Both the position numbers and the translations under genes were made by a program. The notes under the pieces are model-generated. The model was given only the letters and a program-made list of their open reading frames with translations, did no database searches and was not told where the DNA came from. Positions 9,184-17,332 of a stretch of DNA of 38,340 nucleotides are shown piece by piece (the stretch's first letter is position 1; each line of letters opens with the position of its first letter). The stretch covers positions 15,188 through 53,527 of the forward strand of contig CAZUSF010000001.1 of NCBI GenBank assembly GCA_964623355.1. Reading direction: 5' to 3'. Source of the stretch: an uncultured Thiobacillus sp. GTDB lineage: Bacteria; Pseudomonadota; Gammaproteobacteria; Burkholderiales; Thiobacillaceae.

Positions 9184-10758
9184 TCAAACGTAACGGTGAT
9201 GAATACTGGAGTCGTTCCCGGCGGGTTTGTCGGGAACCTGCTCTGGACAAGTCGAATCGGGTTGCGGACTGGGCATCGCGCGTCCGAAGTCGCGCAGAAC
9301 GCGCCCGAGATAGCGGCGCAGCAGCGTGCGTCCCACGTGGCGCTCGCCCTGTTGGGCGGCAGCCAGTGCGTCGCTGGCGAATTGCTCGTCGGCATTCGCC
9401 GCCGCCGGGGCCGAGATCAGCATTTCGTTGAGCAGCCCGCAGCGGGTTTCGCCATAGAGTCGGCGCCAGTGATCCGGCAGTTGCCGGACCTCCTGGAGCC
9501 CGCGCAGGGTGGGGCCGACCAGGCGCACGTTGCCGCGCACCACCTCGGCCAGCCCGGGGTAGATGGTCTGGCAGAAGTGGCGCAGCCAGGGGCGCGGCGC
9601 CCGGGTGCGAAACACCTGTTGCGGCAGGACCAGGCGCAGGCGCACTTCGCCAGGCCCGGCCTGGCCGGTGCGGGGGACGGGCACATGGGCAAGGGCGACG
9701 TTGCCGTCCGTCTCCCCGCCGCCGAAGGCCAGGCTGAGCCGGTAGAGCGGGTAGAGGGCGGGGCGCAGCAGGTGGGCGAACCATTTTTCCCGCGGCGTGG
9801 CTTGCCCGAGACGGCCGGGAAGGCTGCAGAGCAGGTCGGAATCCACCACCTCGACCACGGTGTCGAGCCCGACGTGGGCCAGCCGGTTGCCGCCGGCCAC
9901 CACCTTTTTGAGGTCGAGCGCATCGCCGACGTAGGTGTCGGGCAGCACGACGCAGTCCTCGAGGTGGGTGCCCTCGTCGACCTGGGCGCCGTCGCCGATC
10001 ACCACGTTCGGGCCGATCGTGGCCCCTTTGGCGATCCGCACGTGGTTGCCCAGGCGCACTGGCGGCAGGATGCGCGCCGTCCGGGCAATGCGGCAGTTCC
10101 GCCCCTGGGTGAAGCTCTCCTCGCCGCTTTCCTGAAGCAGGGTGCGGCTGCTGGCGAGCAGCTCGGAAAGGGTGACGACACTTTGCACGGCCACGGCATG
10201 GAGCCTGAGGATGCGACTATTGGTGCGCAGCGCTTCGACGAAGTCGTCGCGGTAGGCGACTTCGGTCTGGCCGAGCAGCCATTCGCCGGAAAACAGCCCC
10301 CATCCTGTCCACGTCTGCATGCTCCCTTCCTGTCGGAAAACGCCGCTGCCGAGGGCGGTGGCCGGCTGGCTGCGGCAGGTCTCGAGCACCTCGGCGGACG
10401 GCAGCTGGCAGGGGTCCGCCAGCCAGTACTGCCGGTAGGTGTCGAGGCCGATCCGCCGCAGCAGCAGGCCGATCGTCTCCTCCGGCTGGCGGTAAATATA
10501 GTCGATACGACAACCCCAGCGCTCGCCGTCGCCGAGGAAACTGCGGTACGCCAGCGCATCATCGCCGGGAATGACCGTGATGGTGCGGCAACCCAGCCGG
10601 GCCAGCCGCTCAATTGTGCGTTGCAGCATGGGCTTATCCCCGAGGGGAAGAAGGCTGTTCGGGCTGCCCATGGCCGCTCCCTCGCGACCGGCTCCGGGCC
10701 AGTCGGCGAGCAGGATGGCGGAATCGGGCTGATAGTCAGTCGTCTCGTGTGGGTTCAT
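9184..10758 (-). CDS. Fusion protein: nucleotidyltransferase-like N-domain + LbH hexapeptide region + degenerate C-terminal half of a bacterial sugar transferase
   Basis: N-terminus [21 protein letters not shown]. Hexapeptide repeats [33 protein letters not shown]. The C-terminus ([20 protein letters not shown]...GLLNEML) parallels the [20 protein letters not shown]...PGITG block of polyprenyl-phosphate sugar transferases. GGAGAG RBS before the ATG at 10758. Confidence 0.7.
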   Translation of the reverse strand: [524 protein letters not shown]

Positions 10759-10777
10759 GACGGCTCTCCATTCCGGG

Positions 10778-11563
10778 TCATGTTTGGGGGGGCGTCCGCG
10801 CCAGGCGCAGGCGGGCCAGCCCGGTACGGGCGAGGAACACCAGATTGCCAACCAGATAGCGGCGCCATAATCTTCCTGGCTCCTGGATCAGGCGAAACAG
10901 CCACTCGAGGCCGGACTGGCGCATCCATCGCGGCGCCCGGGGAATCCGGCCCGAATAGTAGTCGAACAGGCCGCCGACCCCGATCACCACGGTCGCTCCG
11001 GTGCTGTTCATGTGCTGGTTGATCCACTGCTCCTGCATGGGTGCGCCGAATGCCACCAGCAGCACATCCGGCCGGGCGGCGCGGATCATCCGCAGCAACC
11101 CGGGAAGCTCGCTCGGTCGGAAGTAGCCATGGTAGCTGCCGGCCAGCGTCACCCCGGGGTAGCGCGAGCGCATCCAGCGACCGACCGCCTCGGCGATGCC
11201 GGGACGCGCGCCGAGCAGGAACACCCGGTGGTTCTTGCCGGCCAGGGCCCCGCACAGGCGGGGAAAGAGGTCGGTGCCGTTGACGTTGTCGCGCACGGGC
11301 TGGTGCAGGATCTCGCCGGCGATGCGCATACCCGAGCCATCGACGAACACCCAGTCCGTGCCCTCCAGGGCCGCGCGATAGGCCGGGTCGCGGGCGGCGA
11401 TGTTGGCGCAGTCGGCGTTGACGAAGGCCACTTTGGTGGGCTGCCGGGTTTCCACGGCCGACACGATGGCATCCACCGCTTCATCCAGCCCCAGGTTCAC
11501 CAGGTCGATGCCGTGGATGGCGATGTGCGCCGGCACGCTGCGGGGGGCCATGTTCGCTTCCAT
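10778..11563 (-). CDS. WecB/TagA/CpsF-family (GT26) glycosyltransferase
   Basis: AFVNADCANIA...DWVFVDGSGMRIA...VNGTDLFP...RVFLLGARPG...DVLLVAFGAPMQEQW...GVGGLFDYYSG. The ATG at 11563 shares one nt with the upstream TGA (TGATG). Confidence 0.85.
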   Translation of the reverse strand: MEANMAPRSVPAHIAIHGIDLVNLGLDEAVDAIVSAVETRQPTKVAFVNADCANIAARDPAYRAALEGTDWVFVDGSGMRIAGEILHQPVRDNVNGTDLFPRLCGALAGKNHRVFLLGARPGIAEAVGRWMRSRYPGVTLAGSYHGYFRPSELPGLLRMIRAARPDVLLVAFGAPMQEQWINQHMNSTGATVVIGVGGLFDYYSGRIPRAPRWMRQSGLEWLFRLIQEPGRLWRRYLVGNLVFLARTGLARLRLARTPPQT

Positions 11564-12288
11564 CAGTAGGCTCCCCGGCCGCTGATCACGGCGGGAATGG
11601 TCTTCAGCAGCAGCTTGAGGTCTTCGCCCAGGCTCTGGCGATCGATGTAATCGACGTCCATGCGCAGTTGTTCCGGGAACGGGATGTCGGAGCGGCCCGA
11701 GACCTGCCAGGTGCAGGTGAGGCCGGGGATGACGTCGAGGCGTCGCCGGTCGTCCAGGCTGTAGCGGTCGACTTCCCGCACCAGCGCCGGGCGCGGGCCG
11801 ACCAGCGACATGTCGCCCTTCAGCACGCACCAAAGCTGGGGCAGTTCGTCGATGCTGAACTTGCGGATGAAGCTACCGATCCAGGTGACTCGTGGATCAT
11901 GCCGCATCTTGAAGGTGACGCCGGACCCGCCATGCACGTTGGCAGCCGCCAGTTTGGCCTGCGAGGCCTCGGCGTCGACCTGCATGGAGCGGAACTTGGG
12001 AAAGGGGAAGGTCTTTCCCCAGCGGCCCACCCGGGTTTGCCAGAAGAGTATCGGGCCGCCATCGGAGGCCTTGATCAGCAGGGCCACGAGCAGCAGCAGC
12101 GGCGCCGCCGCGAGCAGTGCCAGGAAGGCGACCGCGATGTCGAGGGCACGCTTGCCCAGGTCGCCGAATTGGCTGGCGATGCGCCAGGCCAGTCTCGCCA
12201 GGGTCTTGGCAGCACGGCGGCGTCCGGAGCGGCCGAGCCGTTGCTCGAGTTCGATCAGATCGCGTTCATCGAAGGTTTTGTGGGGCAT
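11563..12288 (-). CDS. Polyprenyl-phosphate glycosyl-1-phosphate transferase (bacterial sugar transferase, EpsB/WbaP C-domain type), the priming enzyme
   Basis: [28 protein letters not shown]...[25 protein letters not shown]...[22 protein letters not shown]...[13 protein letters not shown]. The start is either ATG 12288 (preferred) or the upstream 12363. Confidence 0.85.
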   Translation of the reverse strand: [241 protein letters not shown]

Positions 12289-12493
12289 CGCATTCACCGT
12301 TTGGGCTGGGCTGTGGAGCGCATTGGAGCAGAGCTGGCGGGGCGGGATGTGTCGCAACTGCAAACTCTTTGAAAAGGATGCCGGCAGGGAGATTGTGCGC
12401 CCGTGTCGAGCACCGGGATTCTGTGCGGGTCAGCCCCGCTTTGGCGGTGCATATCGAAGTGGATTGCCAAGTGGGTGTCGCTCGGGTTTTCCG

Positions 12494-12516
12494 AAAAGTT
12501 TTCAGTTCCGACACAA
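12494..12516 (+). promoter_or_regulatory. Copy 1 of a repeated 23-nt motif, AAAAGTTTTCAGTTCCGACACAA
   Basis: 21/23 identical to 21274..21296. It ends 58 nt before the ATG of the PAS-GGDEF-EAL gene, and copy 2 ends 56 nt before its downstream ATG. It is AT-rich in a GC-rich background. Confidence 0.45.
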
Positions 12517-12573
12517 GTTCCCAGGTCGAATCGGCTGTAATGGCCGCACCTTCTTCATCAACAGTGTGCCCCG

Positions 12574-14256
12574 ATGTCCATGCTTCACGAACCCTTGATC
12601 TGCATCTCGGCCAAGCATCAAACGCTCGCCCGGATCGGCTGCTGGTCATTCGAGGCCGAGCACCAGGCGCTCTCGCTGTCGCCGATGGCTTGCACCTTGA
12701 TGGGGCTGGAGGCCGTCAGCGCGCAGGGTGCACACCTTGCCCGCAAAGCACTGAACGCAAGGGTGCATCCGCTTGACAGGGTGCGCGTCGAGCGCAACTG
12801 GCGCGAGGCCCTGCAAAGCGGGTCGTTCGACATGGAATACCGGCTTGAGGGGCCCGAGGATGCCTGGATTTGGGAGCGGGCTGATTTCACGCTCGACAGC
12901 GATGGCCGGTTGGTGGAGGGCGTTGGCATCTTGCAGGACGTCAGCCTGCATCGCCAGGGCATCAGCAGCAGCCTGGCGCGCGCCAGCCACGATGTGCTCA
13001 CCGGCCTGCCGAACCGGGCCCTGCTGGCCGGGCACCTCGACCTCGTCCTGCCCCTGGCCCGGCGTAACGAGGCCATGGTGGGAGTACTGTTCATCGATCT
13101 CGACCGCTTCAAACAGGTGAACGACGTGTTCGGCCACGCCATGGGCGATGAGCTGTTGCGCCAGGTGTCGTCGCGCATGACCGACTGCCTGCGCGAATCC
13201 GACATGGTGGCCCGCCAGGGGGGCGACGAGTTCATCGTCGTCCTGCAGGAGATTGGCCACGAGAGCGATGCCGGCCTGGTGGCGCTCAAGCTTCTGGAAG
13301 CTCTTACCAGACCGTTTGATCTGCAGGGGATCGAGGCCCACATCGGCGGCAGCATCGGCATTTCGCTGTTTCCTGCCGACGGCCAGGACGCCGAAACCCT
13401 ATTCCAGAATGCCGACCTTGCCATGTATCAGGCCAAGACGGCGGGCCGGGAAACGCTGCGCTTCTTTGAACCGGCCATGCGCGAGGATGCCGTGCGTCGC
13501 CACGACCTCGAGGTCGAGCTGCGCCATGCCCTGGCCAACCAGGAATTCATCCTCGAATATCAGCCCATCTACGACATGGTCTCCAACCTTCCCAGTTCGG
13601 TGGAGGCCCTGATTCGCTGGCAGCACCCAAGTCATGGTCGCATCGGCCCGGATGCCTTCATTCCGGCTGCAGAGGAGAACGGCCTGATTCGCGACATCGG
13701 TCAGTGGGTGGTTCTGGAGGTCTGCCGGCAGATGCATGCCTGGCAGGGCGAAGGGATCGACCTCCGGGTGAGCCTCAATGTTTCGAGCCGGCAGATTCCG
13801 GACGGCCTGCCCCTGGACTGGCTCAGGGAACAACTGGTCGCCCACGCGATCGAGCCGCAGCGCCTGGTGTTCGAGATCACCGAAGGCGTTCTGCTCAAGG
13901 ATACCCCGGCGTCCCAGCGCTGGATCGATGGCGTCACGAAGTTGGGCATCCGCCTGGCCCTCGACGACTTCGGCACCGGCTACGCGTCGCTCGGCTTCCT
14001 GCGCCAATTCCGCATGGACCAACTGAAGATCGACCGCTCCTTTGTCATGGCCATGCCGGGCCAGTTGGGCCTGGTGAAGTCGATCATCGACATTGGCAAC
14101 AATCTGGGCCTCGAGGTGACGGCAGAAGGGGTCGAGGATGCGGAGTGTCTGACGATGCTCGCCGAGCTCGGCTGTCACTCCGCCCAGGGCTTCCACCTTG
14201 CCCGGCCGATGCCGGCGATCGAGATTTCCAACCTGCTGAAAGCGTCATGCCCATGA
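12574..14256 (+). CDS. PAS-GGDEF-EAL c-di-GMP turnover protein
   Basis: GGDEF motif in ARQGGDEFIVVL; EAL motif in VEALIRW; also DDFGTGYASL and the EGVE block. N-terminal PAS-like region. Confidence 0.9.
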   Translation: MSMLHEPLICISAKHQTLARIGCWSFEAEHQALSLSPMACTLMGLEAVSAQGAHLARKALNARVHPLDRVRVERNWREALQSGSFDMEYRLEGPEDAWIWERADFTLDSDGRLVEGVGILQDVSLHRQGISSSLARASHDVLTGLPNRALLAGHLDLVLPLARRNEAMVGVLFIDLDRFKQVNDVFGHAMGDELLRQVSSRMTDCLRESDMVARQGGDEFIVVLQEIGHESDAGLVALKLLEALTRPFDLQGIEAHIGGSIGISLFPADGQDAETLFQNADLAMYQAKTAGRETLRFFEPAMREDAVRRHDLEVELRHALANQEFILEYQPIYDMVSNLPSSVEALIRWQHPSHGRIGPDAFIPAAEENGLIRDIGQWVVLEVCRQMHAWQGEGIDLRVSLNVSSRQIPDGLPLDWLREQLVAHAIEPQRLVFEITEGVLLKDTPASQRWIDGVTKLGIRLALDDFGTGYASLGFLRQFRMDQLKIDRSFVMAMPGQLGLVKSIIDIGNNLGLEVTAEGVEDAECLTMLAELGCHSAQGFHLARPMPAIEISNLLKASCP

Positions 14257-14299
14257 ACCGCCTCCGCACATTTTCCATCGACTTCACGAAGGAGCTCCA

Positions 14300-14869
14300 A
14301 TGAACATCAAGCAGCTGATCCTCGCCATGACCATCGGTCTCGGGCTGATCCTGGCCACGCTGGCGCGCGCCGAGGTTGTCGCCGACTGGGGCACAGTAGT
14401 GACGCCCCTGACGACCGAGGCCACGTTTTCTTTTGAACAGTACGACATCACCAAAAATTTCACCCACCAGTACGGCTTTTCGCTCGAAGGCGAGGCGGGG
14501 GCCACCTACCAGGTGACCTTTACCTTCGATGCCTGCAAGAAAGGCTGCGGAAATCCCGACCTCTCCTATGGCATCTACAACGCCAATGGCGGGCTGATTG
14601 CCGACGCTTCCGGAACCGTCACCTTGTCGGCGGGAAACTACGTGTTCCAGGTCAAAGGCACGGGCATGGGCTCGGGTAACAGCCTCGATTACATGGGATC
14701 GGTCACGTTTTCGGCGACCGCCATGGTCTCGCCGGTGCCGGAGCCGAGTACCCTGTTGCTGACGTTGCCCGGCTTGGCGCTCGTCCATGTGATGATCCGC
14801 CGCCGCCGGCAAGCCCAGGCCGAGGACACGCTGGACCCCCGTTCCATTCCCCTGGGGCAGGGAGCCTGA
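14300..14869 (+). CDS. Secreted PEP-CTERM sorting-domain protein (putative exosortase substrate)
   Basis: Signal peptide ...LATLARA/EV. C-terminal VPEPSTLLLTLPGLALVHVMIRRRR gives the PEP motif, a TM segment and a basic cluster. AAGGAG RBS. Confidence 0.85.
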   Translation: MNIKQLILAMTIGLGLILATLARAEVVADWGTVVTPLTTEATFSFEQYDITKNFTHQYGFSLEGEAGATYQVTFTFDACKKGCGNPDLSYGIYNANGGLIADASGTVTLSAGNYVFQVKGTGMGSGNSLDYMGSVTFSATAMVSPVPEPSTLLLTLPGLALVHVMIRRRRQAQAEDTLDPRSIPLGQGA

Positions 14870-14871
14870 GC

Positions 14872-15735
14872 ATGTTTCGATCCGGCTTTGCCCTGGCTCT
14901 GGGCGTTCTGACCGTCCTGCCGATGCTGACCGCCTGCGGGCAGCCCTCGATTGAGGGGGATGCCACGCAGGTGATCGCCCGGGTCGATAACGCCGAGATT
15001 TCGATGTGGCAGTACAACCACGCCCTGCAACGGGCGGGAGTAACGCTCCCCTCGGTCGCCGTCAAAAAGGAACTGGCGGCCAAGCTGGTGGACCGCGAAC
15101 TGGCCCTGCAGGCCGCCCTGGCGGCCAAGATGGATCGTCAGCCAGATGTCATGCTGCAACTGGAGGAGGCCCGCCGTGACGTCCTGGCCCGGGCCTGGGC
15201 CGAGCATACGGCGCGCGACGCCAGCCAGCCGACCGACAACATTGCCGCTCGCTATTTCAAGGACCATCCCGAATTGTTTGCGGAGCGGCGCATCTACCGG
15301 CTGCGTGAAGCCGCGCTACCCGCCGACCTCAAGCAGCTTGACGAAGTGAAGTCGCGCCTGGTGGCCGGCCTGTCCATGGACCAGGTCACCACCTGGCTGC
15401 GCGGCCAGCAGGTCAGCTTCAACGAGCAACGGGTGATCCGCGCCGCCGAGCAACTGCCCATTGAGGCACTGCCCCGCCTGCAGGCCGCCAGCGCCGGCCA
15501 GGTGGTGTTTTTCGAGACCCCGCGCGGCGTGCTGCTCTATCAGGTGCTCGGGGTCGAGTCGGCACCGGTGAGCTGGGAGAACGCGCGTCCGATCATCTTT
15601 GACTACCTGCGCAGGCAGGGGGGCAAGCGTGCCGTCCAGAATGAATCGGATCGCCTGCGCCAGGCCGCCCGCATTCAATACCTCGGTGAGTTTGCCGAGT
15701 TGTTTGCCGAGCCGCCGGCCAAGGGTGCGCCCTGA
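14872..15735 (+). CDS. epsD: EpsD-family peptidyl-prolyl isomerase-like lipoprotein (PEP-CTERM system associated)
   Basis: Lipobox LTAC after the signal peptide. SurA-like N-terminal region plus a parvulin-like C-terminus (RRIYRLREAAL...VVFFETPRGVLLYQVLG). It sits immediately upstream of the exosortase with a TGATG overlap. Confidence 0.7.
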   Translation: MFRSGFALALGVLTVLPMLTACGQPSIEGDATQVIARVDNAEISMWQYNHALQRAGVTLPSVAVKKELAAKLVDRELALQAALAAKMDRQPDVMLQLEEARRDVLARAWAEHTARDASQPTDNIAARYFKDHPELFAERRIYRLREAALPADLKQLDEVKSRLVAGLSMDQVTTWLRGQQVSFNEQRVIRAAEQLPIEALPRLQAASAGQVVFFETPRGVLLYQVLGVESAPVSWENARPIIFDYLRRQGGKRAVQNESDRLRQAARIQYLGEFAELFAEPPAKGAP

Positions 15736-16610
15736 TGACCACGCTGCGCGTGCCCCGCTTCCTGGCACCCTGGCGTAGCGTGCTGCCGGCCTGGCCGGTG
15801 CTGATCGGCCTGCTGGCGCTGTTCGGCTGGTCCTACCACGACTATGCGGGGGGCCTCTGGCAGCAACCGGAACAGGCCCATGCCCCGCTGGTGGCACTGG
15901 CCGCTGTCCTCCTGTTCTGGAAACTGGCGCCGGCCCTGGCGGCGCTGCCCCGGCTGCCTGCCACATGGGGCGGAAGCCTGCTGCTTGGGGCCGGGCTGAC
16001 CCTGACGATTGCCGGTCATGGGTCTGACAGCCCCTTCCTGGTGCTGCTCTCGCAAATTCCGGTGCTGATGGGGCTGCTGCTGCTGCTCTGGGGCAGCAGG
16101 GCGCTCGGCCTGGCCTGGTTCCCCATCGCCTTTCTGCTCTTCATGGTGCCGCTGCCGGGCATCCTGATTGATGCCCTGACAGGACAGCTGAAGGAGTGGG
16201 TGTCGGTGCTGGCCGAGGAAATTCTCTATCGCCTGGGCTACCCGGTGGCCCGCAGCGGGGTGGTGCTGGGCATCGGCCAGTACCGGCTGCTGGTGGTAGA
16301 CGCCTGCTCGGGCCTGCATTCGATGCTTTCCCTGTCTGCCCTGGGCACGCTCTACATCTACCTGATGCGGCGCCCGTCCTGGACGCACAACGTGCTGATG
16401 CTGACCAGCCTGCTGCCCATCGCCTTCATCGCCAATCTGGTGCGGGTGCTGCTTCTTGTCTTGGTGACCTACTACTTCGGCGACCACATGGGCCAGTGGC
16501 TGCACGATACGACCGGCATCGTGGTGTTCCTGGTCGCCCTGCTGCTCCTGTTCGGGGTCGATGCCCTGCTGGCGGGCCTGCTGGCCTGGATGTTCCGGAG
16601 GCCGAGATGA
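15735..16610 (+). CDS. epsH: Exosortase (EpsH family)
   Basis: Polytopic membrane protein with the catalytic-Cys context VVDACSGLHSM, the Arg context IANLVRVLLLV and a later His. It lies adjacent to EpsI and a PEP-CTERM protein. Confidence 0.9.
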   Translation: MTTLRVPRFLAPWRSVLPAWPVLIGLLALFGWSYHDYAGGLWQQPEQAHAPLVALAAVLLFWKLAPALAALPRLPATWGGSLLLGAGLTLTIAGHGSDSPFLVLLSQIPVLMGLLLLLWGSRALGLAWFPIAFLLFMVPLPGILIDALTGQLKEWVSVLAEEILYRLGYPVARSGVVLGIGQYRLLVVDACSGLHSMLSLSALGTLYIYLMRRPSWTHNVLMLTSLLPIAFIANLVRVLLLVLVTYYFGDHMGQWLHDTTGIVVFLVALLLLFGVDALLAGLLAWMFRRPR

Positions 16611-17332
16611 ACATGACGTTCCTGCCCGCCTCCCGCCGTGCCTACGTGGTTGGCCTGGTGCTGCTGCTCGCCGCCGTGCTTGCCACACACCTGCAGCCCG
16701 TCCCGGAGCGCTACCCGGATGCCGCCGCCATCGATCTGGAGGCCATGATCCCGAGCCGCTTCGGGACCTGGCAGGACGATCCCTCGGGGCAACTGGCGCC
16801 CGTGCCGGCAGCTCTCTTGAGCAAGGTCGAAGCCGCCTACAGCCGCACGTTGACCCGCACCTATGTCGATGTCCAGGGGCGTCGGATCATGCTTTCCGTC
16901 GCCTACGGCAGCAACCAGCTCAGCGACCGGGTGCAGGCCCACCGCCCGGAATATTGCTATCGCGCCCAAGGATTCCAGGTCGGCAAGCCGAGCGACATCG
17001 CGTTGCAGACCATGGCCGGCGCGCTTCCCCTGCGCCGCCTGGTCGCAGCCCAGCCTGGCCGGAGTGAGCCGATCAGCTACTGGATGACCATCGGCGACCA
17101 GGCGCTGCTGCCCGGCTGGGGCCGCAAGCTGGCGCAGCTGCGCTACGGCCTGCGCGGCGAGATCCCCGATGGTCTGCTGGTGCGGGTCTCCTCGCTGTCG
17201 AACGATCCGGCCGAGGCCTACCACCTGCAGTCGCAGTTTCTCGAAGCGCTCCTTGCCAATGTCGACGACGCCACGCGAGCGCGTTTGCTAGGCTCGCGCA
17301 AGCCCACCCTTATTGGGAGATCCGCCGGATGA
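16607..17332 (+). CDS. epsI: EpsI-family protein
   Basis: MNMTFLPASRRAYVVGLVLLLAAVLA (TM anchor), then HRPEYCYRAQGF, typical of EpsI. ATGA overlap with the exosortase stop. The track ORF 16196..17332 has a spurious in-frame extension. Confidence 0.85.
   Translation: MNMTFLPASRRAYVVGLVLLLAAVLATHLQPVPERYPDAAAIDLEAMIPSRFGTWQDDPSGQLAPVPAALLSKVEAAYSRTLTRTYVDVQGRRIMLSVAYGSNQLSDRVQAHRPEYCYRAQGFQVGKPSDIALQTMAGALPLRRLVAAQPGRSEPISYWMTIGDQALLPGWGRKLAQLRYGLRGEIPDGLLVRVSSLSNDPAEAYHLQSQFLEALLANVDDATRARLLGSRKPTLIGRSAG

Noticed and set aside
8884-11022. 712-aa ORF on the + strand, plus similar long shadow ORFs (5005..6423, 6460..7641, 15675..16688, 21007..22191, 21564..23192, 24391..25488, 34156..35034, 36686..37690)
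   Set aside because: All lie antisense to genes with clear family motifs, carry no recognisable motifs of their own and are rich in Arg/Ala/Gly/Pro. I treat them as GC-driven open frames.
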